Part shown: in pieces, positions 31,861 to 43,662 of the stretch
How the letters are laid out: each line of letters begins with the position of its first letter
Numbering within the stretch: the stretch's first letter is position 1
Assembly (NCBI GenBank): GCA_963753345.1
Contig: CAVWBU010000049.1
Location: 1 to 64,000 of the forward strand
Length of the DNA stretch: 64,000 nt
Direction: 5' to 3'
Source of the DNA: an uncultured Fibrobacterota bacterium
GTDB taxonomy: Bacteria; Fibrobacterota; Chitinivibrionia; Chitinivibrionales; FEN-1185
The notes under the pieces: generated by a model
Databases searched by the model: none
What the model was told of the DNA's origin: nothing
What the model saw: the letters and a program-made list of their open reading frames with translations, nothing else
Made by a program: the position numbers and the translations under genes

Positions 31861-32709
31861 ATGTCCCCTCTCATTCTCGATGGAACCTCCCTCTCGAAAT
31901 CGATTGAAGAATCCCTGCGCCCCCGGGTCGAAGCGGTGCAGAGGAAAACCGGCTCAACACCCATCCTTGCAACCATTCTGGTGGGCGGCGATCCTTCGAG
32001 CGCCACCTATGTAAAGATGAAGGGCAATGCCTGCTCGCGCGTGGGCATGCAGTCGAAAAAAGTGGAGCTTCCGGATTCAACGACCACGGAACAGCTGATT
32101 GCCGCGATAGACGCGCTCAACAGGGACAAGAAGGTTCACGGCATCCTCCTGCAGCATCCGGTGCCCCGGCACATTGACGAACGGAAATGCTTTGAGGCCA
32201 TTGCGCTTTCCAAGGATGTTGACGGCGTGACGTGCCTCGGGTTCGGCCGCATGGCCATGGGCGAGGCTGCGTACGGCTCCTGCACACCCGGGGGAATCAT
32301 GTCACTGCTCGACCACTATAAAATCCCCCTGGCCGGCGCGCATGCCGTGGTGGTGGGCCGCAGCCCCATTCTGGGCAAGCCCATGGCGTTAATGCTCCTT
32401 AACAAACACGCAACAGTCACTATTTGTCATTCGAGAACAAAGGACTTGCCCGCCATCGTGCATACCGCCGACATCGTGGTCGGCGCCGTGGGAAAACCCG
32501 AATTCATCCGGGCCGAATGGATACGGCCGGGCGCGGTTATCGTTGACGCAGGATATCATCCCGGCAAGGTGGGCGACGTCGACCTCAAGAACGCCGCCGC
32601 GCTCTCCAGCGCCTACACGCCCGTGCCCGGCGGCGTGGGCCCGATGACCATAGCAACACTTATGAGGCAGACCGTTGAGGCGGCGGAAAAAGCGGCGGGA
32701 ATTTCTTGA
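31861..32709 (+). CDS. folD: Methylenetetrahydrofolate dehydrogenase/cyclohydrolase
   Basis: [30 protein letters not shown]. Confidence 0.96.
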   Translation: MSPLILDGTSLSKSIEESLRPRVEAVQRKTGSTPILATILVGGDPSSATYVKMKGNACSRVGMQSKKVELPDSTTTEQLIAAIDALNRDKKVHGILLQHPVPRHIDERKCFEAIALSKDVDGVTCLGFGRMAMGEAAYGSCTPGGIMSLLDHYKIPLAGAHAVVVGRSPILGKPMALMLLNKHATVTICHSRTKDLPAIVHTADIVVGAVGKPEFIRAEWIRPGAVIVDAGYHPGKVGDVDLKNAAALSSAYTPVPGGVGPMTIATLMRQTVEAAEKAAGIS

Positions 32710-32739
32710 ATCGATAGCAATTGAAAAATATCTATCTGG

Positions 32740-33138
32740 TGGGGGAGGTTTCCCCCTCGCTCCGGCCTCCTCGGCCTTTGGCCTGCGGTGTCCTTCGCTA
32801 CCCCCTCCTGGGTAGCCGCCTTGATAAAGCAGTTGCAAGACCAGGCATTGTTGTGGCGGCACCCACGAGCGATATCCAAGAAAAGTTGAAAGTTGACAGT
32901 TGGCAGTTGACAGCAGGACTGGGAAAAGAAAATCCGAGTTTGTTTTGAGTGTTCCGATTGGCGCAATAATAAAGCTAGACTGAATAGACTTCTTCTGCCG
33001 CGCGTTAGGTGGACCGGAGGGTGCGCCAGAGCGCATTGTCGCCTGATCCCCAGCCGAAGGCGATAGGGACAGGCGGCAACGAGGCCGAAGGGACGAGCCC
33101 GGAGGGAGACCGGCCCGAACGTAGCGAGGGCAACGCCC
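32740..33138 (-). repeat. Composite structured repeat, copy E
   Basis: Module 1 33001-33138, heptamer linker, module 2 32740-32863. Confidence 0.88.
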
Positions 33139-33192
33139 TGCTTTTATCTCGCTTTGTAAAGCGGTGCCCCCACCAGGATTTGATCTTCTTCT

Positions 33193-33927
33193 TTATATCC
33201 GCACCATCATCGCCAGCCCAATCGCCTTATAGAGCGCCTTCACAAGCGGGGGCGCCCAGAAGCGTTTGGCGTACTTTACGATGTCCTTGTCCGGGTGTTT
33301 CTCTTTCTTGAAAAGCGAATACAAAAACGGCCGGTCGGTGTTGCTTTTCCCCGTTCGTTCGTACACGAGCCGTCCGGTCCTGTCCCAGACCTGCACGTGG
33401 AAGCTCGTCTTTGCGGTGCAGGTAACGGGCCGTTCGTACCCCGGGCCGAACCTGTCGTTGCGCCATCCCGCCGGCTTGATCGTGACCTGCCGTATGGTGA
33501 GGGAATACGGAATCACAACAAGGTCCGCGTTGTATTTGTCGGCGAGCTGATGCACGCGTCCTGAGACACGCTGCAGGAAAGCAGTGTCGCGGTCGAGCCG
33601 CGAGTACCCTGTCCGCGGGAATAGGGCGAGCGAGTCGGATTCGTCGCGCTTGGGTGCGCTGCAGGTCCTGAAATTCTTCGAGACTTCGTAGGCGAGCAGG
33701 CGGTTGGCCGCTTCAACGAAGAATGAATCGGGAAACAACGTGTCGGGCGACGAGGTTGTGTTGTCAACGTACGTCACGCGCAGGCTGTCGAGCGGGATGC
33801 ACAGGGCCGTCTTGCCCCGGTCGAGAAGCATGTTCGAAGGATCGCTTGTGTAAGTTGCCATGCGGCCGGCGCAGCCGGATAGAACCAGCGCGGCGGCAAG
33901 GATAACGGAGAGGGAAATTTGTTTCAT
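33193..33927 (-). CDS. Hypothetical lipoprotein
   Basis: Lipobox LSGC after MKQISLSVILAAA. Confidence 0.7.
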   Translation of the reverse strand: MKQISLSVILAAALVLSGCAGRMATYTSDPSNMLLDRGKTALCIPLDSLRVTYVDNTTSSPDTLFPDSFFVEAANRLLAYEVSKNFRTCSAPKRDESDSLALFPRTGYSRLDRDTAFLQRVSGRVHQLADKYNADLVVIPYSLTIRQVTIKPAGWRNDRFGPGYERPVTCTAKTSFHVQVWDRTGRLVYERTGKSNTDRPFLYSLFKKEKHPDKDIVKYAKRFWAPPLVKALYKAIGLAMMVRI

Positions 33928-34166
33928 ACTTGTCCGGTTTGCAGTGGGTGAGGGCCGAATATGTATTTTCCTAACGTATGCCATCAATGGAAAGATAGAT
34001 GATCGGCCAGGGTTGCCGGTATCGGGGACTTACGAGCATGGGTTTTCGGAATCTCTGCGTATGAGCCATCCATGCGGCGCCTTTGTTTCGCCAACCCATC
34101 AATCAATCAACTCATGAATCCATCAACCCATTCACGCTGGCTTTCCTTTAGAGAAAGGAGTGGCCT

Positions 34167-34940
34167 ATGAACAAACAAATGGTGACGCTGTTTTCGGTTG
34201 TGTGTGCCGCAATTGTCGTCGCGGTGATCGTTTTCGCCGTGGTGCCGAAGAAGGCCGCCCAGTCGGGCGCCAAGTCGGGACAGACCCTGGAGCAATCGGG
34301 CCAGTTCGATGCCGCGATGTCGGCCTATGCGTCCGCGCTTGTAAAGCTTTCGGAAGGCCGCCGCTTTACCGGCATTCCCGACAATACCACTGCCGCCAAC
34401 CTCAAGCCTCAAACCTGGGAAAAGCCCATTGCCGATTTCGTGGACTGGCTCAACGCAGGCGGAAAGGCCACCCCGGAGGTTGCAGATCTTATCGGGGGGC
34501 TTGAACGCTGCATGCCGAAGGTGAAATACGAGAATTTCGTTTTCGATTTTAAGATGAAGAAGGCCTCGGCGGCCGATTATGCCGCTGTGTGGCGCCAGGT
34601 GTTTTGTCCCGAGGGAACGTGTCCGCCCGCCGTGATCGAAAAGGCGTTTGCCCAGAGCGACGTTATCGTCACGCTGCGGGGCAACAACATATATTCGTAT
34701 TTGGTAAGCCTTGTCAACGGCGAATCCGGCAAGCGCACCGATGTCCCCGTCGAGCAGGACATGACCCCTTCGTTTCTCGCAAAGCCGGGCAAGTACTGCC
34801 TTGTCATCAAAAGCACCACCATGTTCAAGGACAAACGCGAGTGGGTCTCCGGCCAGGAGGCCGTGACGTTTGTTGTGCCCGATTCCGTTACCGTGATGTC
34901 GGCGCTCTTGAGGACCGAGGTGGGCAGGGTGGCAAGGTAA
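34167..34940 (+). CDS. Hypothetical membrane-anchored protein
   Basis: AGGAG RBS, N-terminal TM helix. Confidence 0.75.
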   Translation: MNKQMVTLFSVVCAAIVVAVIVFAVVPKKAAQSGAKSGQTLEQSGQFDAAMSAYASALVKLSEGRRFTGIPDNTTAANLKPQTWEKPIADFVDWLNAGGKATPEVADLIGGLERCMPKVKYENFVFDFKMKKASAADYAAVWRQVFCPEGTCPPAVIEKAFAQSDVIVTLRGNNIYSYLVSLVNGESGKRTDVPVEQDMTPSFLAKPGKYCLVIKSTTMFKDKREWVSGQEAVTFVVPDSVTVMSALLRTEVGRVAR

Positions 34941-35292
34941 TTATCAAAGTTGAAAGTTTAAAGTTTAAAGTTGAAAGGAGATCGCGTAAGTATCCCTGTG
35001 CCGCGACTCTCCCGTGTCAGGCCATCACCCTTGGACACGCTCAGGGTGAGCGATATTTCAGAATCTATCTGAGGATTGTAACCGCCTTTCAACCAAGATA
35101 TCTCCATCAATTCCTCACAATACAAATCTTTCTCCCGCCCCTAGCGGAATTTATTTTGTTAGGCCGTTTGATCATGGTTCTTGCGCACCCCGCGGATAGG
35201 CCCTATGGCAGTACTCATTGCAGTCCCCCGAATCATTACCTCCGATCACATTTTCGCGTTTTATATTCACACTCAACTGAGGAGAGGCTAGA

Positions 35293-37338
35293 ATGAATCA
35301 CATCACCTTGTTTGCTCTCGGGGCGGGCGTCCTGGGAGTACTGTATGCCCTCATTACCGCCGGATGGATCATGAAGCAGCCGAGCGGTTCCGACCGCATG
35401 AGGCAGATTTCCGACGCTGTCCGCGAAGGAGCCTCCGCGTTTCTCAACCGTGAATACCGTACCGTTGCAATGGTCGCGGTGGTCATGGTCATCCTTCTGT
35501 ATTTTCTCGGACTGTGGACCGCGGTTGGTTTCATCATCGGCACGGTCGGATCTGCCCTTGCCGGATACATCGGCATGATGGTGACGGTCCGCTCAAACGT
35601 GAGGACCGCGGAAGCCGCGAAAGGCGGGCTGCAAAAGGCCCTCACCCTGGCGTTTAAAGGCGGATCCGTAACAGGTCTCATGGTTGTCGGTCTCGGGCTT
35701 CTTGGCGTTACCGGTTACTATCTCCTTATGAAGCACATTCCCGGCATCACCGTTGACGACAGGTTCCACGCGCTTGTCGGGCTCGGGTTCGGCTGTTCGC
35801 TCATGAGCGTGTTCGCGCGTATCGCGGGCGGCATCTACACCAAGGCCGCCGACGTGGGCGCAGACCTTGTCGGAAAAGTCGAAGCCGGAATTCCCGAAGA
35901 CGATCCCCGCAATCCCGCGGTGATCGCGGACAACGTGGGCGACAACGTGGGCGACTGCGCGGGAATGGCCGCCGATCTGTACGAAACCTACACGGTGACC
36001 ATCGTTGCCGCGATCCTTCTTGCAAAAACGGTGTTCGGCGCGGACAGCATGTGGGTTGAATTCCCGCTGCTCATCGGCGGCATCTCCATCATCGCATCGA
36101 TCATCGGCACCTTCTTTGTCAAGATGGGGAAGAAGCAGTACATCATGGGCGCGCTGTACAAGGGACTGGCGGTTTCCGGCGTGCTTGCCGCGGTCGCCTT
36201 TTACTTTGTTTCCGACATTTTCATAAAGCAACTTCCCGCGGACCAGCAGGTCTTCTCGGCAATGAACGTGTTCTGCATGGCGATTATCGGCCTTGTTCTC
36301 ACGGGCCTCATCGTGATGATCACCGAATACTTCACCTCCACGAGTTTCAGTCCCGTCAAGCATATCGCGGCCGCAAGCCAGACAGGCCACGCCACGAATA
36401 TCATCGCAGGTCTTGCGGTGTCCATGAAGTCAACCGCGCTTCCGGCCCTGGTCATCAGCGCCGCGATCCTTGGAGCTTTTGCTCTTGGAAACGGGTTCCA
36501 GAACGCGGCAGCAGGCCTTTTCGCCATTGCGCTTTCCGCGGTTGCAATGCTGTCAATGACCGGCATCATCGTCGCCATCGACTCCTACGGCCCGATCACC
36601 GACAACGCGGGCGGCATTGCGGAGATGGCCGAGCTGCCCGAGGCGGTGCGGAACATCACCGACCCGCTCGACGCGGTGGGCAACACCACCAAGGCGGTGA
36701 CAAAAGGGTATGCGATCGGTTCGGCGGCCCTTGCGGCGCTCGTGCTGTTCGCGGAATTCTCGCGCTCGTTCGGCGGCGTCATCGCGTTTGACCTGTCCGA
36801 CCCGAGGGTGCTGGTGGGCCTGTTCATCGGCGGGCTTCTGCCCTTCTACTTCGGTTCGCTCCTCATGGAAGCCGTGGGCACGGCAGCCGGCGGCGTCGTC
36901 GAGGAAGTGCGGCGCCAGTTCAAGGCGTTCCCGGGCATCATGAAAGGCACCCAGAAGCCGCAGTACGGCACCTGCGTTGACATTGTGACAAAAGGCGCGA
37001 TCAAGCAGATGATGCTGCCAGCGCTCATTCCCGTTGCGGCGCCCATCCTTGTCGGGTTTGTCCTCGGCAAAGAAGCGCTCGGCGGCGTGCTCATCGGCGC
37101 GATCGTGACCGGCCTGTTCCAGGCAATCGCCATGACCAGCGGCGGCGGCGCATGGGACAATGCAAAGAAGTTCATCGAGAACGGCGCGTTCGGCGGCAAA
37201 GGCTCGGATGCGCACAAAGCTGCGGTCACCGGCGACACCGTGGGCGACCCCTACAAAGACACGGCAGGCCCGGCCATCAACCCGATGATCAAGGTGGTCA
37301 ACATCGTCGCGCTGCTTATTGTCCCGCTTATCAAGTAG
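35293..37338 (+). CDS. hppA: Membrane proton-pumping pyrophosphatase (likely K+-independent)
   Basis: [50 protein letters not shown]. Confidence 0.96.
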   Translation: MNHITLFALGAGVLGVLYALITAGWIMKQPSGSDRMRQISDAVREGASAFLNREYRTVAMVAVVMVILLYFLGLWTAVGFIIGTVGSALAGYIGMMVTVRSNVRTAEAAKGGLQKALTLAFKGGSVTGLMVVGLGLLGVTGYYLLMKHIPGITVDDRFHALVGLGFGCSLMSVFARIAGGIYTKAADVGADLVGKVEAGIPEDDPRNPAVIADNVGDNVGDCAGMAADLYETYTVTIVAAILLAKTVFGADSMWVEFPLLIGGISIIASIIGTFFVKMGKKQYIMGALYKGLAVSGVLAAVAFYFVSDIFIKQLPADQQVFSAMNVFCMAIIGLVLTGLIVMITEYFTSTSFSPVKHIAAASQTGHATNIIAGLAVSMKSTALPALVISAAILGAFALGNGFQNAAAGLFAIALSAVAMLSMTGIIVAIDSYGPITDNAGGIAEMAELPEAVRNITDPLDAVGNTTKAVTKGYAIGSAALAALVLFAEFSRSFGGVIAFDLSDPRVLVGLFIGGLLPFYFGSLLMEAVGTAAGGVVEEVRRQFKAFPGIMKGTQKPQYGTCVDIVTKGAIKQMMLPALIPVAAPILVGFVLGKEALGGVLIGAIVTGLFQAIAMTSGGGAWDNAKKFIENGAFGGKGSDAHKAAVTGDTVGDPYKDTAGPAINPMIKVVNIVALLIVPLIK

Positions 37339-37363
37339 GCCCTTTTTTCGGAATGTAGGAAGC

Positions 37364-37393
37364 AAAGGCAGGGAGCGCGTGTCCCTGCCTTTT
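37364..37393 (+). terminator. Intrinsic terminator after hppA
   Basis: AAAGGCAGGGA...TCCCTGCCTTTT. Confidence 0.7.
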
Positions 37394-37413
37394 GTCATTC
37401 GGCGGCCCGGAGA

Positions 37414-37902
37414 ATGCACATGAGGCTTGAGACGAAAACGGTGTCGATTTCGAGGCAGGATTTCTTCCGCATTCTGATGCGGAGAGCCTATGCGGGCAGG
37501 TGGTCGCTGTGGATAATACTCACGGTCCTTGCGGGAGTCGGTATTTCCACGGCCATCTCAAAGGGAGACTTTTTGATTCTGGTGCTGGTGATTATTCTCG
37601 TCGCCGCATTCTTCGCGTACACGCCCATCTCGATTGTGCGGTATGTCAACTCTCCGGAGACGGCAAACTTCTACGCGAAACGCAAGTACATCATCACCGA
37701 CGACACGCTCACCGTGGTGCTCGAAAGCGGCACGGCCACCGAATTCGCCCTTTCGAAAATCACCAAGGCCGTGCGGTACGGCAGGTACTACCTTCTGTTT
37801 CTGTCCCCCCAGCAGTACTTCTACATTCCCGCAGATTGTTTCGCAAGCACGGAGGATACGGAGCAATTCAGCGAATTGCTGATTGAACGTGAGCTTTTGT
37901 AA
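37414..37902 (+). CDS. YcxB-family membrane protein
   Basis: Two TM helices followed by a C-terminal YFYIPADCF..EQF motif. Confidence 0.7.
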   Translation: MHMRLETKTVSISRQDFFRILMRRAYAGRWSLWIILTVLAGVGISTAISKGDFLILVLVIILVAAFFAYTPISIVRYVNSPETANFYAKRKYIITDDTLTVVLESGTATEFALSKITKAVRYGRYYLLFLSPQQYFYIPADCFASTEDTEQFSELLIERELL

Positions 37903-37928
37903 ATAGCGAGAGCGATGAAAGAAGAGTT

Positions 37929-38343
37929 GGGCGTTCCCCTCGCCTTCGCTCGGGTTGGCCCTCCTTACGGTCTCGGCCGCCGGCCTCGGGCTGCCACGGC
38001 CCCTAGGCCGGAGTACCGGCGGGGTCCGGGCAGCATCCCGCTTTGGCGGGACCTCCAGTCCGGCCTAACGCAGCGGCAGAAGAAATCTCATTAGTCAATC
38101 TTATTTCTCCGCCATCCAGAATCCCACATTATCCGACAAAGATTCTTCTTGCTTTCAACTGTCAACCGACAACTGCCAACTTTCAACTCTGTTTCTCGGT
38201 GCCGCCACAACAATGTAGGGTTTTGCAGCTGCTTTGTCAAGGCGGCCACCCAGGAGGGGGTAGCGGAGGACCGGCCGCGCACTCCAGAATACCTGTTTAT
38301 CAATGAGCGCAACCGGGCCGTAGCGAGGGGGAAACCTCCCCCA
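37929..38343 (+). repeat. Composite structured repeat, copy F
   Basis: Module 1 37929-38071, heptamer linker, module 2 38198-38343. Confidence 0.88.
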
Positions 38344-38375
38344 CCCAGATCATTTTAGAAACTCACTATTTATCG

Positions 38376-39941
38376 CTATTCCTGCTTCTCCTTGTCTCTT
38401 TTCTCCTCCGCCTCGTGCCGTTTTTGTTCCTCGTCCGATTCGCCGGAGACAGTGGAACCGGAATGATTGTTCTTGTCGATGCGCTCATGATGCCCCTCCT
38501 CACCCTGCTGAGCGCTTTCGTGCCCGGGACGACCCGGGTGCGCGGGGGATTGTTCCGGCGGCGGAGTCCACTTCTCCACCTTCTCCGCGTGCTGCCTCGA
38601 CTGCTGCGCCTTGACACCCGCCGCGGCAGCCTCCGCCCTGAGCGATTCGCGTTTGTTCTGGTCTTTTTCCAGCATCGCGGCCTGTTCGAGCTGCTTGCGG
38701 CGGTTGTCCTGCGCCTCGGCTTCCTGGCGCGATTTACGGGCCACGGAGGCCGCGGCATCCGCCTGGCGCTTCTGCATCGCCTGGAACCGTGCCTCCTGCG
38801 GCTGCGGCGGAGCGGGCGTCCTCAGGTGCGGCGTCCGTTCAATCCGTTGCTTTACAACAAGCGGAGATTCGGGCGCGCCCGGGGCGATGGGCGGCTTGAA
38901 GAGGATGAGTCCCCTGGCGCTCACGCCGCCGGCGGGCACGGGCTGGCCTGGCCTGATGTCGGCCGCAACAATCGGAACGGGCCGCACAGCGGTATTCGTC
39001 ACCCGGGCCACGAACTCCGGCGCAGGTCCCTTATTGACAATCCGGTTTTCCACCGTAACGTAGTTGCTCTTGACAACGGCGGAGGCGCCGAACACCCGGG
39101 GCAAAAGCGGCGGCGGCACCGCATGGCGCTGCGGCTCAGCATCGCAGAAGTGCCTGTTGTCGACAAAGCAGTAATCGTTGAGGGAGAGTTCGAACTCGAA
39201 GCCCGCCGAAACCTGCCTTTCCCCATAGAAGAATCCCTGGTTGCGGACAAACCGCGCCCTGGGCGGCAGCGGCGCCCAGCCGAAATACTGCGGGCTGGTG
39301 CGCCACGACACCCACGCCGGCCCCCACTCGTTGTCCGGCACCCAGAGCCAGCCGCGCTCGCGGTTGCGAAACCATCGGCCGTAATGGAACGGCGCCCATC
39401 CCCACGCATAATCCGAGACCCATGTCCATCCCCAGTCGGTGTACACCCAGTGACCGTGACTGCAATACGGGGTCCAGTCCGGTTCAACATCGGCCGCGCT
39501 CGGGCGCCAGCACCAGGTGCCGTCGACATTGAGCCACGTGCCGTAGGGATACATCGCTTCATAGAAGGAGGATACATTCATGTCCTTTTGCGGAGGCGCC
39601 ATTGCCTCGGGCGGGGGCGATTCCTGAGCGGATTCCACGCGGCCGTTGCCGCGGTTGTGGTGCATGGCCTCGGTGATCACCTGCGGCGAAACGCCGAGAT
39701 TCTTGAGGGTGACGATGTCGTCGGCCGTAAGGTCGAATTCGTCGGGCGACTGGTCGATGAAGGTGATCATTACCTCTTCGTCAACGCCCGACTGGGCGAG
39801 CCTGATGAGCTCGTCGGTCTCGTCTGCAGAGGCTCGTGCGGCAAAGAGAAGAAGCGCGCCGATTGCAGCCGCGGCGAGAAAGAGATTTCTAGGGATGATT
39901 GAATAAAAAGCATGATTCGAACAGGGACGCTTGATAGGCAT
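38376..39941 (-). CDS. Secreted Trp/Pro-rich protein (DUF6600-like)
   Basis: FYEAMYPYGTW, WTPY..GHWVYTDWGWTWVSD, WAPFHYGRW, WGPAWVSW. Confidence 0.8.
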   Translation of the reverse strand: MPIKRPCSNHAFYSIIPRNLFLAAAAIGALLLFAARASADETDELIRLAQSGVDEEVMITFIDQSPDEFDLTADDIVTLKNLGVSPQVITEAMHHNRGNGRVESAQESPPPEAMAPPQKDMNVSSFYEAMYPYGTWLNVDGTWCWRPSAADVEPDWTPYCSHGHWVYTDWGWTWVSDYAWGWAPFHYGRWFRNRERGWLWVPDNEWGPAWVSWRTSPQYFGWAPLPPRARFVRNQGFFYGERQVSAGFEFELSLNDYCFVDNRHFCDAEPQRHAVPPPLLPRVFGASAVVKSNYVTVENRIVNKGPAPEFVARVTNTAVRPVPIVAADIRPGQPVPAGGVSARGLILFKPPIAPGAPESPLVVKQRIERTPHLRTPAPPQPQEARFQAMQKRQADAAASVARKSRQEAEAQDNRRKQLEQAAMLEKDQNKRESLRAEAAAAGVKAQQSRQHAEKVEKWTPPPEQSPAHPGRPGHESAQQGEEGHHERIDKNNHSGSTVSGESDEEQKRHEAEEKRDKEKQE

Positions 39942-40185
39942 AAAAGAACCTCCGTGTTTGGATCGGGATCGGGCCGTTGTCTTAAAATATAGTACGCTTG
40001 GGGAAGAGGAAATGGGGTGATGAAAATTTCGGGTGCAGGATGATGTTTGATGATGAACGGTGTCGCGAGGGGAATCAACAATTACTCGATAATGGTGCCT
40101 GCGAAGAGTTGCGGATTCAAACATGTATTTTATCTATTATTCCTAATCTTCTTGGTGTCCTCCGTGTCCCCGTGGTGAGTTTTCT

Positions 40186-41886
40186 TCAGTCCGTCATTAC
40201 AATTTTTTGCTGCCACGTTTTCCCTCCGCATACCCCGCGGATCACATGGATCCCCGGCGGAAATTCGTTATTGGCAATAAACCCGCCCGACCCGTGCACC
40301 TCCCTGCGCGCAAGCACCCGGCCGCGCAGGTCAAGGACCTCGAGCGAAAACCCCTTGGCCCACGGAGCCGAGACCGCGAACCCGCCGTGCACCTGCCGTA
40401 TCGAGATTGCCCTCGACGGATTGTCCGGGGACGCAAGCGGCACTCTCGCTGCGGTCGACGGCGTCCATTGGAACGTGATGCTCGCCTTGGAAGGCACGGT
40501 GTAGGAAAACGCCTGGCCGGCCCACACCACCTTGATCTGCCTGTCGGCGAGCGTGTCGTTGAACACGAGAAGCGCGATGGACTTGTCGGGATTGACAAAT
40601 GCAACGTTGAGGAGCTGCGTGTAATAGGTGGAGAAGATCCGCCAGGCGCCGTTGGCCACGAACTTGGTGATGTGGCCGAGGTCGTAGTAATCGATCCGGA
40701 AATCGACCGTGCCGCGCTTCTGCGCGTCGTAGCGCCACACTTTGATGAGGCCGCGGCACCCGTCGCAGCCGCCCACGTGCGGGCCGAAGTCTTCGTCGGT
40801 GGCCACCGGCCACTTTACAAAGGATTTTGCATAGTTGCGGATGACCGAAACGATCTTCTGCATGTCGGCTTCCTGCTGCGCCTGGCCTTCGGTGAACCCC
40901 GACCATTCGGTGAAAAAGATGTTGTAATGGTACTGGTCGTAAACGTCGGTCTGGACCGTGGTGCTCCCGCCGTACCCGTGAAACGCCACTCCTCCGATGT
41001 ACGGGCTGTTCTGGATCTGCGGGTCGGGCAGGAACGGCTCGACCAGGCTGACGTGATCGGGGTTGAAATCCAGCAGAAGAATCTTGGTGGTGAGGCTCTC
41101 GCGCGCGAACGCGGGGAGCCAGAAGCCGGTGAGCATGGTGTGCATCGCATCGGCGCCCATCACCGACACCGACGGGTAGTCGATAGAGTCGCAGCACGAC
41201 GGCTCGTTGTTGAGCGTCACGTAATTGACATGCACGCTTTCGGCCTCGTAGGCCCTGATCGTCTTGACGTAGTAGTTTGCGTGGTGGCCGTAGTACGCGG
41301 GAAGGATTTCGCCCATCACGAGACTGTTGTTCGATTTCATCCAGGCAGGCGGGCTCCAGGCGTTCATCTGCAGCGTGAGCGCAGGGTTGAGGCGCCGCGC
41401 CTGCTTGGTGAGCGGCAGCACGTCGGCGCGGTCGTGGTCGATGGAAAAATGGGGGAGCGTGGAGTCGTCCCGGTCGGCGGGGTTGTCGTCGTACGTGTAG
41501 CGCGCGACCGTGAGATCCGACGATCCCATGGGGTTGCGGAGGTAGCTCACGCCGATTCCTTTGTCGCGATCGAAGAGCGCGGTCATCACGCTGTCGCGCA
41601 ATTCCGGTTTGACAACGCTGTCGATGAGCCATGCCGCCGCGTCGGTGAGCGACGCGCCGGCGCCTTCCCATTGCTGGTAGCATAGTTTGTCGTTCACGAC
41701 GATGGGCGTGAGCGGGGCCGACGTGTCGGAAGAGAAGACGGCCGAATCGGCGGGCGCAAGGCCCTGCACCACCGAGGATGCGGTGGTGGTGGTGATCCAG
41801 GCGCGGACGGTCTCGTCGGCCGAATTAACAGATGAGAAAATGGCGCACACAAGGACGAATGCGGAAACGGGTGCGGTCAGGCGCAT
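40186..41886 (-). CDS. GH30 glycoside hydrolase (beta-1,6-glucanase/glucosylceramidase-like) with T9SS-like tail
   Basis: GAGASLTD, RNPMGSSD, WSPPAWMK, NNEP acid/base, FTE nucleophile, NVAFVNPD. Confidence 0.9.
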   Translation of the reverse strand: MRLTAPVSAFVLVCAIFSSVNSADETVRAWITTTTASSVVQGLAPADSAVFSSDTSAPLTPIVVNDKLCYQQWEGAGASLTDAAAWLIDSVVKPELRDSVMTALFDRDKGIGVSYLRNPMGSSDLTVARYTYDDNPADRDDSTLPHFSIDHDRADVLPLTKQARRLNPALTLQMNAWSPPAWMKSNNSLVMGEILPAYYGHHANYYVKTIRAYEAESVHVNYVTLNNEPSCCDSIDYPSVSVMGADAMHTMLTGFWLPAFARESLTTKILLLDFNPDHVSLVEPFLPDPQIQNSPYIGGVAFHGYGGSTTVQTDVYDQYHYNIFFTEWSGFTEGQAQQEADMQKIVSVIRNYAKSFVKWPVATDEDFGPHVGGCDGCRGLIKVWRYDAQKRGTVDFRIDYYDLGHITKFVANGAWRIFSTYYTQLLNVAFVNPDKSIALLVFNDTLADRQIKVVWAGQAFSYTVPSKASITFQWTPSTAARVPLASPDNPSRAISIRQVHGGFAVSAPWAKGFSLEVLDLRGRVLARREVHGSGGFIANNEFPPGIHVIRGVCGGKTWQQKIVMTD

Positions 41887-41981
41887 GGATGCGGCATAAC
41901 TCCCGGCTGCGGTGGCGAAAGGCTTTTCCGGCCTATTGAAAATAGTGCACGGCGGGCGGCATCGGACAGCGGGAAGCGTTG

Positions 41982-43022
41982 CTACTGCCGCACGACGATG
42001 CGGCGGCCCGCCTCGCCGAAGACGCCGCGCACGGACGCGAGGTAAACGCCGGGCGCAAGCGACCGCAGGTCGAGCGAAAAAGACCGCGCAACGCCGCGGC
42101 TGGAAAGCACGCGCCGGCCATCGATGCACACGACCTCTGCCGCATAGGCCTGCTCGGACGGAAGCTCGACCGAAAGCCGCGAGCCGAGATTCGTGACGCC
42201 GGCCGCGGGCGCGCTTCGGCGTGCCGCCGCAGGCACGCCGACGTTTATGGTGGGGTCCCAATTGTAAACACGGACGTAATCCACGACAAGGCTTTCCGGA
42301 AAGATGGTGGAGTTGTCGATGTTGCCGTCGAAGTTACCGCCCACCGCAAGGTTCAGAATAAAGTAATATTGTTTGTCGAACGGGACGTTGGGGTGGGCGT
42401 CTTTGGTGAGAGTCCCGAAATACACGCTGTCGCAAAACCAGCGTATCGAATCGGTGCTCCATTCGACGCCGTAAAGGTGAAAGCTGTCGTGGACGTTCCC
42501 CTTCGGCAGCGTGTACTGGTTAAAGAGGTCGTAATTGGTGCAATGATACGATCCAGACGTCCAGTTCGGCAGACGGCCCTTGCCTTCCATTATGTCAATT
42601 TCTCCGCAGGCCGGCCATCCGCCGCCCACGCCGAGCATCCAGAACGCGGGCCACATGCCCTGGGTGATAGGCAGGCGCATGCGCGCTTCCATGCGTCCGT
42701 ACATGAATGTTTGCTTCCCCGAACTTTGAATCTTGCCGGAGGTAATTTCCCCGGAGTTTGTTGTCTCGAGGATCAAGCAGCCGTTCTTGACGAACACGTT
42801 CGATCCTGCCTTGTCGTGTCCGGCGGTGTAATGTTCCTGTTCGGCATTAGGAGGATTGTCCGTTTGCTGCACCGTCCAGTTTGCCTCGTTGAGCGCGGTA
42901 CTGTCGAATTCGTCGGACCAGAAAAGCTTCCAGCCGCCGGCAATAGCGTTTGTCAAGATGACAGCCACCAGGAGCGCTGCGGTGCGCAACGCTTCAGTTT
43001 TCAAAGATGTCCCACGGAACAT
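41982..43022 (-). CDS. GH16 beta-1,3-glucanase (laminarinase-like) with T9SS-like tail
   Basis: WSDEFD, WPAFWML, GEIDIME, ILNLAVGG, VDYVRVY. Confidence 0.92.
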   Translation of the reverse strand: MFRGTSLKTEALRTAALLVAVILTNAIAGGWKLFWSDEFDSTALNEANWTVQQTDNPPNAEQEHYTAGHDKAGSNVFVKNGCLILETTNSGEITSGKIQSSGKQTFMYGRMEARMRLPITQGMWPAFWMLGVGGGWPACGEIDIMEGKGRLPNWTSGSYHCTNYDLFNQYTLPKGNVHDSFHLYGVEWSTDSIRWFCDSVYFGTLTKDAHPNVPFDKQYYFILNLAVGGNFDGNIDNSTIFPESLVVDYVRVYNWDPTINVGVPAAARRSAPAAGVTNLGSRLSVELPSEQAYAAEVVCIDGRRVLSSRGVARSFSLDLRSLAPGVYLASVRGVFGEAGRRIVVRQ

Positions 43023-43230
43023 TTCAACCGCCTGTTCTACTCCCCAGATGAGTTGTTAAACGCTTAGAATTCGAAAACGGTCAATACCCTCTAATAATAA
43101 GGATAATCGTCGTTGTTTGCCCTAAGAATCTGATCGGCGCGCAAGAATACTCCGTGAAATGCTGCACAGATAGTTAGTGCATAATGGACTTGAGTTGAAA
43201 CTAGGGATACATGTCTTAGAAGAGTCTTTA

Positions 43231-43634
43231 TGGGGGGAGGTATCCCCCTCGCTTCGGCCTCCTCGGCCTTTGGCCTGCGGTATCCTACGCTACCCCCTCG
43301 TGGGTAGCCCCCAAGAAAGTTGATTTGCGAGAAAGAAACTTCGGCTGCGGGGGCACCGAGAAGAATAGTTGAAAGTTGACAGTTGGCAGTTGACAGCAGG
43401 ATTGGGGAAAAGTTCCTGGTTTGTATTGAGTATTCCGATTGGCGCAATAAAAAACCAGCCTGAATAGACTTCTTCTGCCGCGCGTTAGGTGGACCGGAGT
43501 GGTCCCGTCATAGCGGGATTGCCGGCCGACCCCCGGCCGAAGGCCATCGGGGCGGTCCGGCAACGAGGCGAATAGCCGAGCCCGGAGGGAGACCGACCCT
43601 TGCCTTCGTTTTAACGAAGGCAAGGGGAACGCCC
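43231..43634 (-). repeat. Composite structured repeat, copy G
   Basis: Module 1 43481-43634, heptamer linker, module 2 43231-43357 with a covarying GCCCCC/GGGGGC stem. Confidence 0.88.
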
Positions 43635-43662
43635 AAGATCTCTCGTTATCTCAAGAGAAAGT

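Noticed and set aside
40146-40180. Short imperfect 9-bp periodic tract (CTTGGTGTC/CTCCGTGTC/CCCGTGGTG)
   Set aside because: Only about three degenerate units in a single occurrence, too weak to call.
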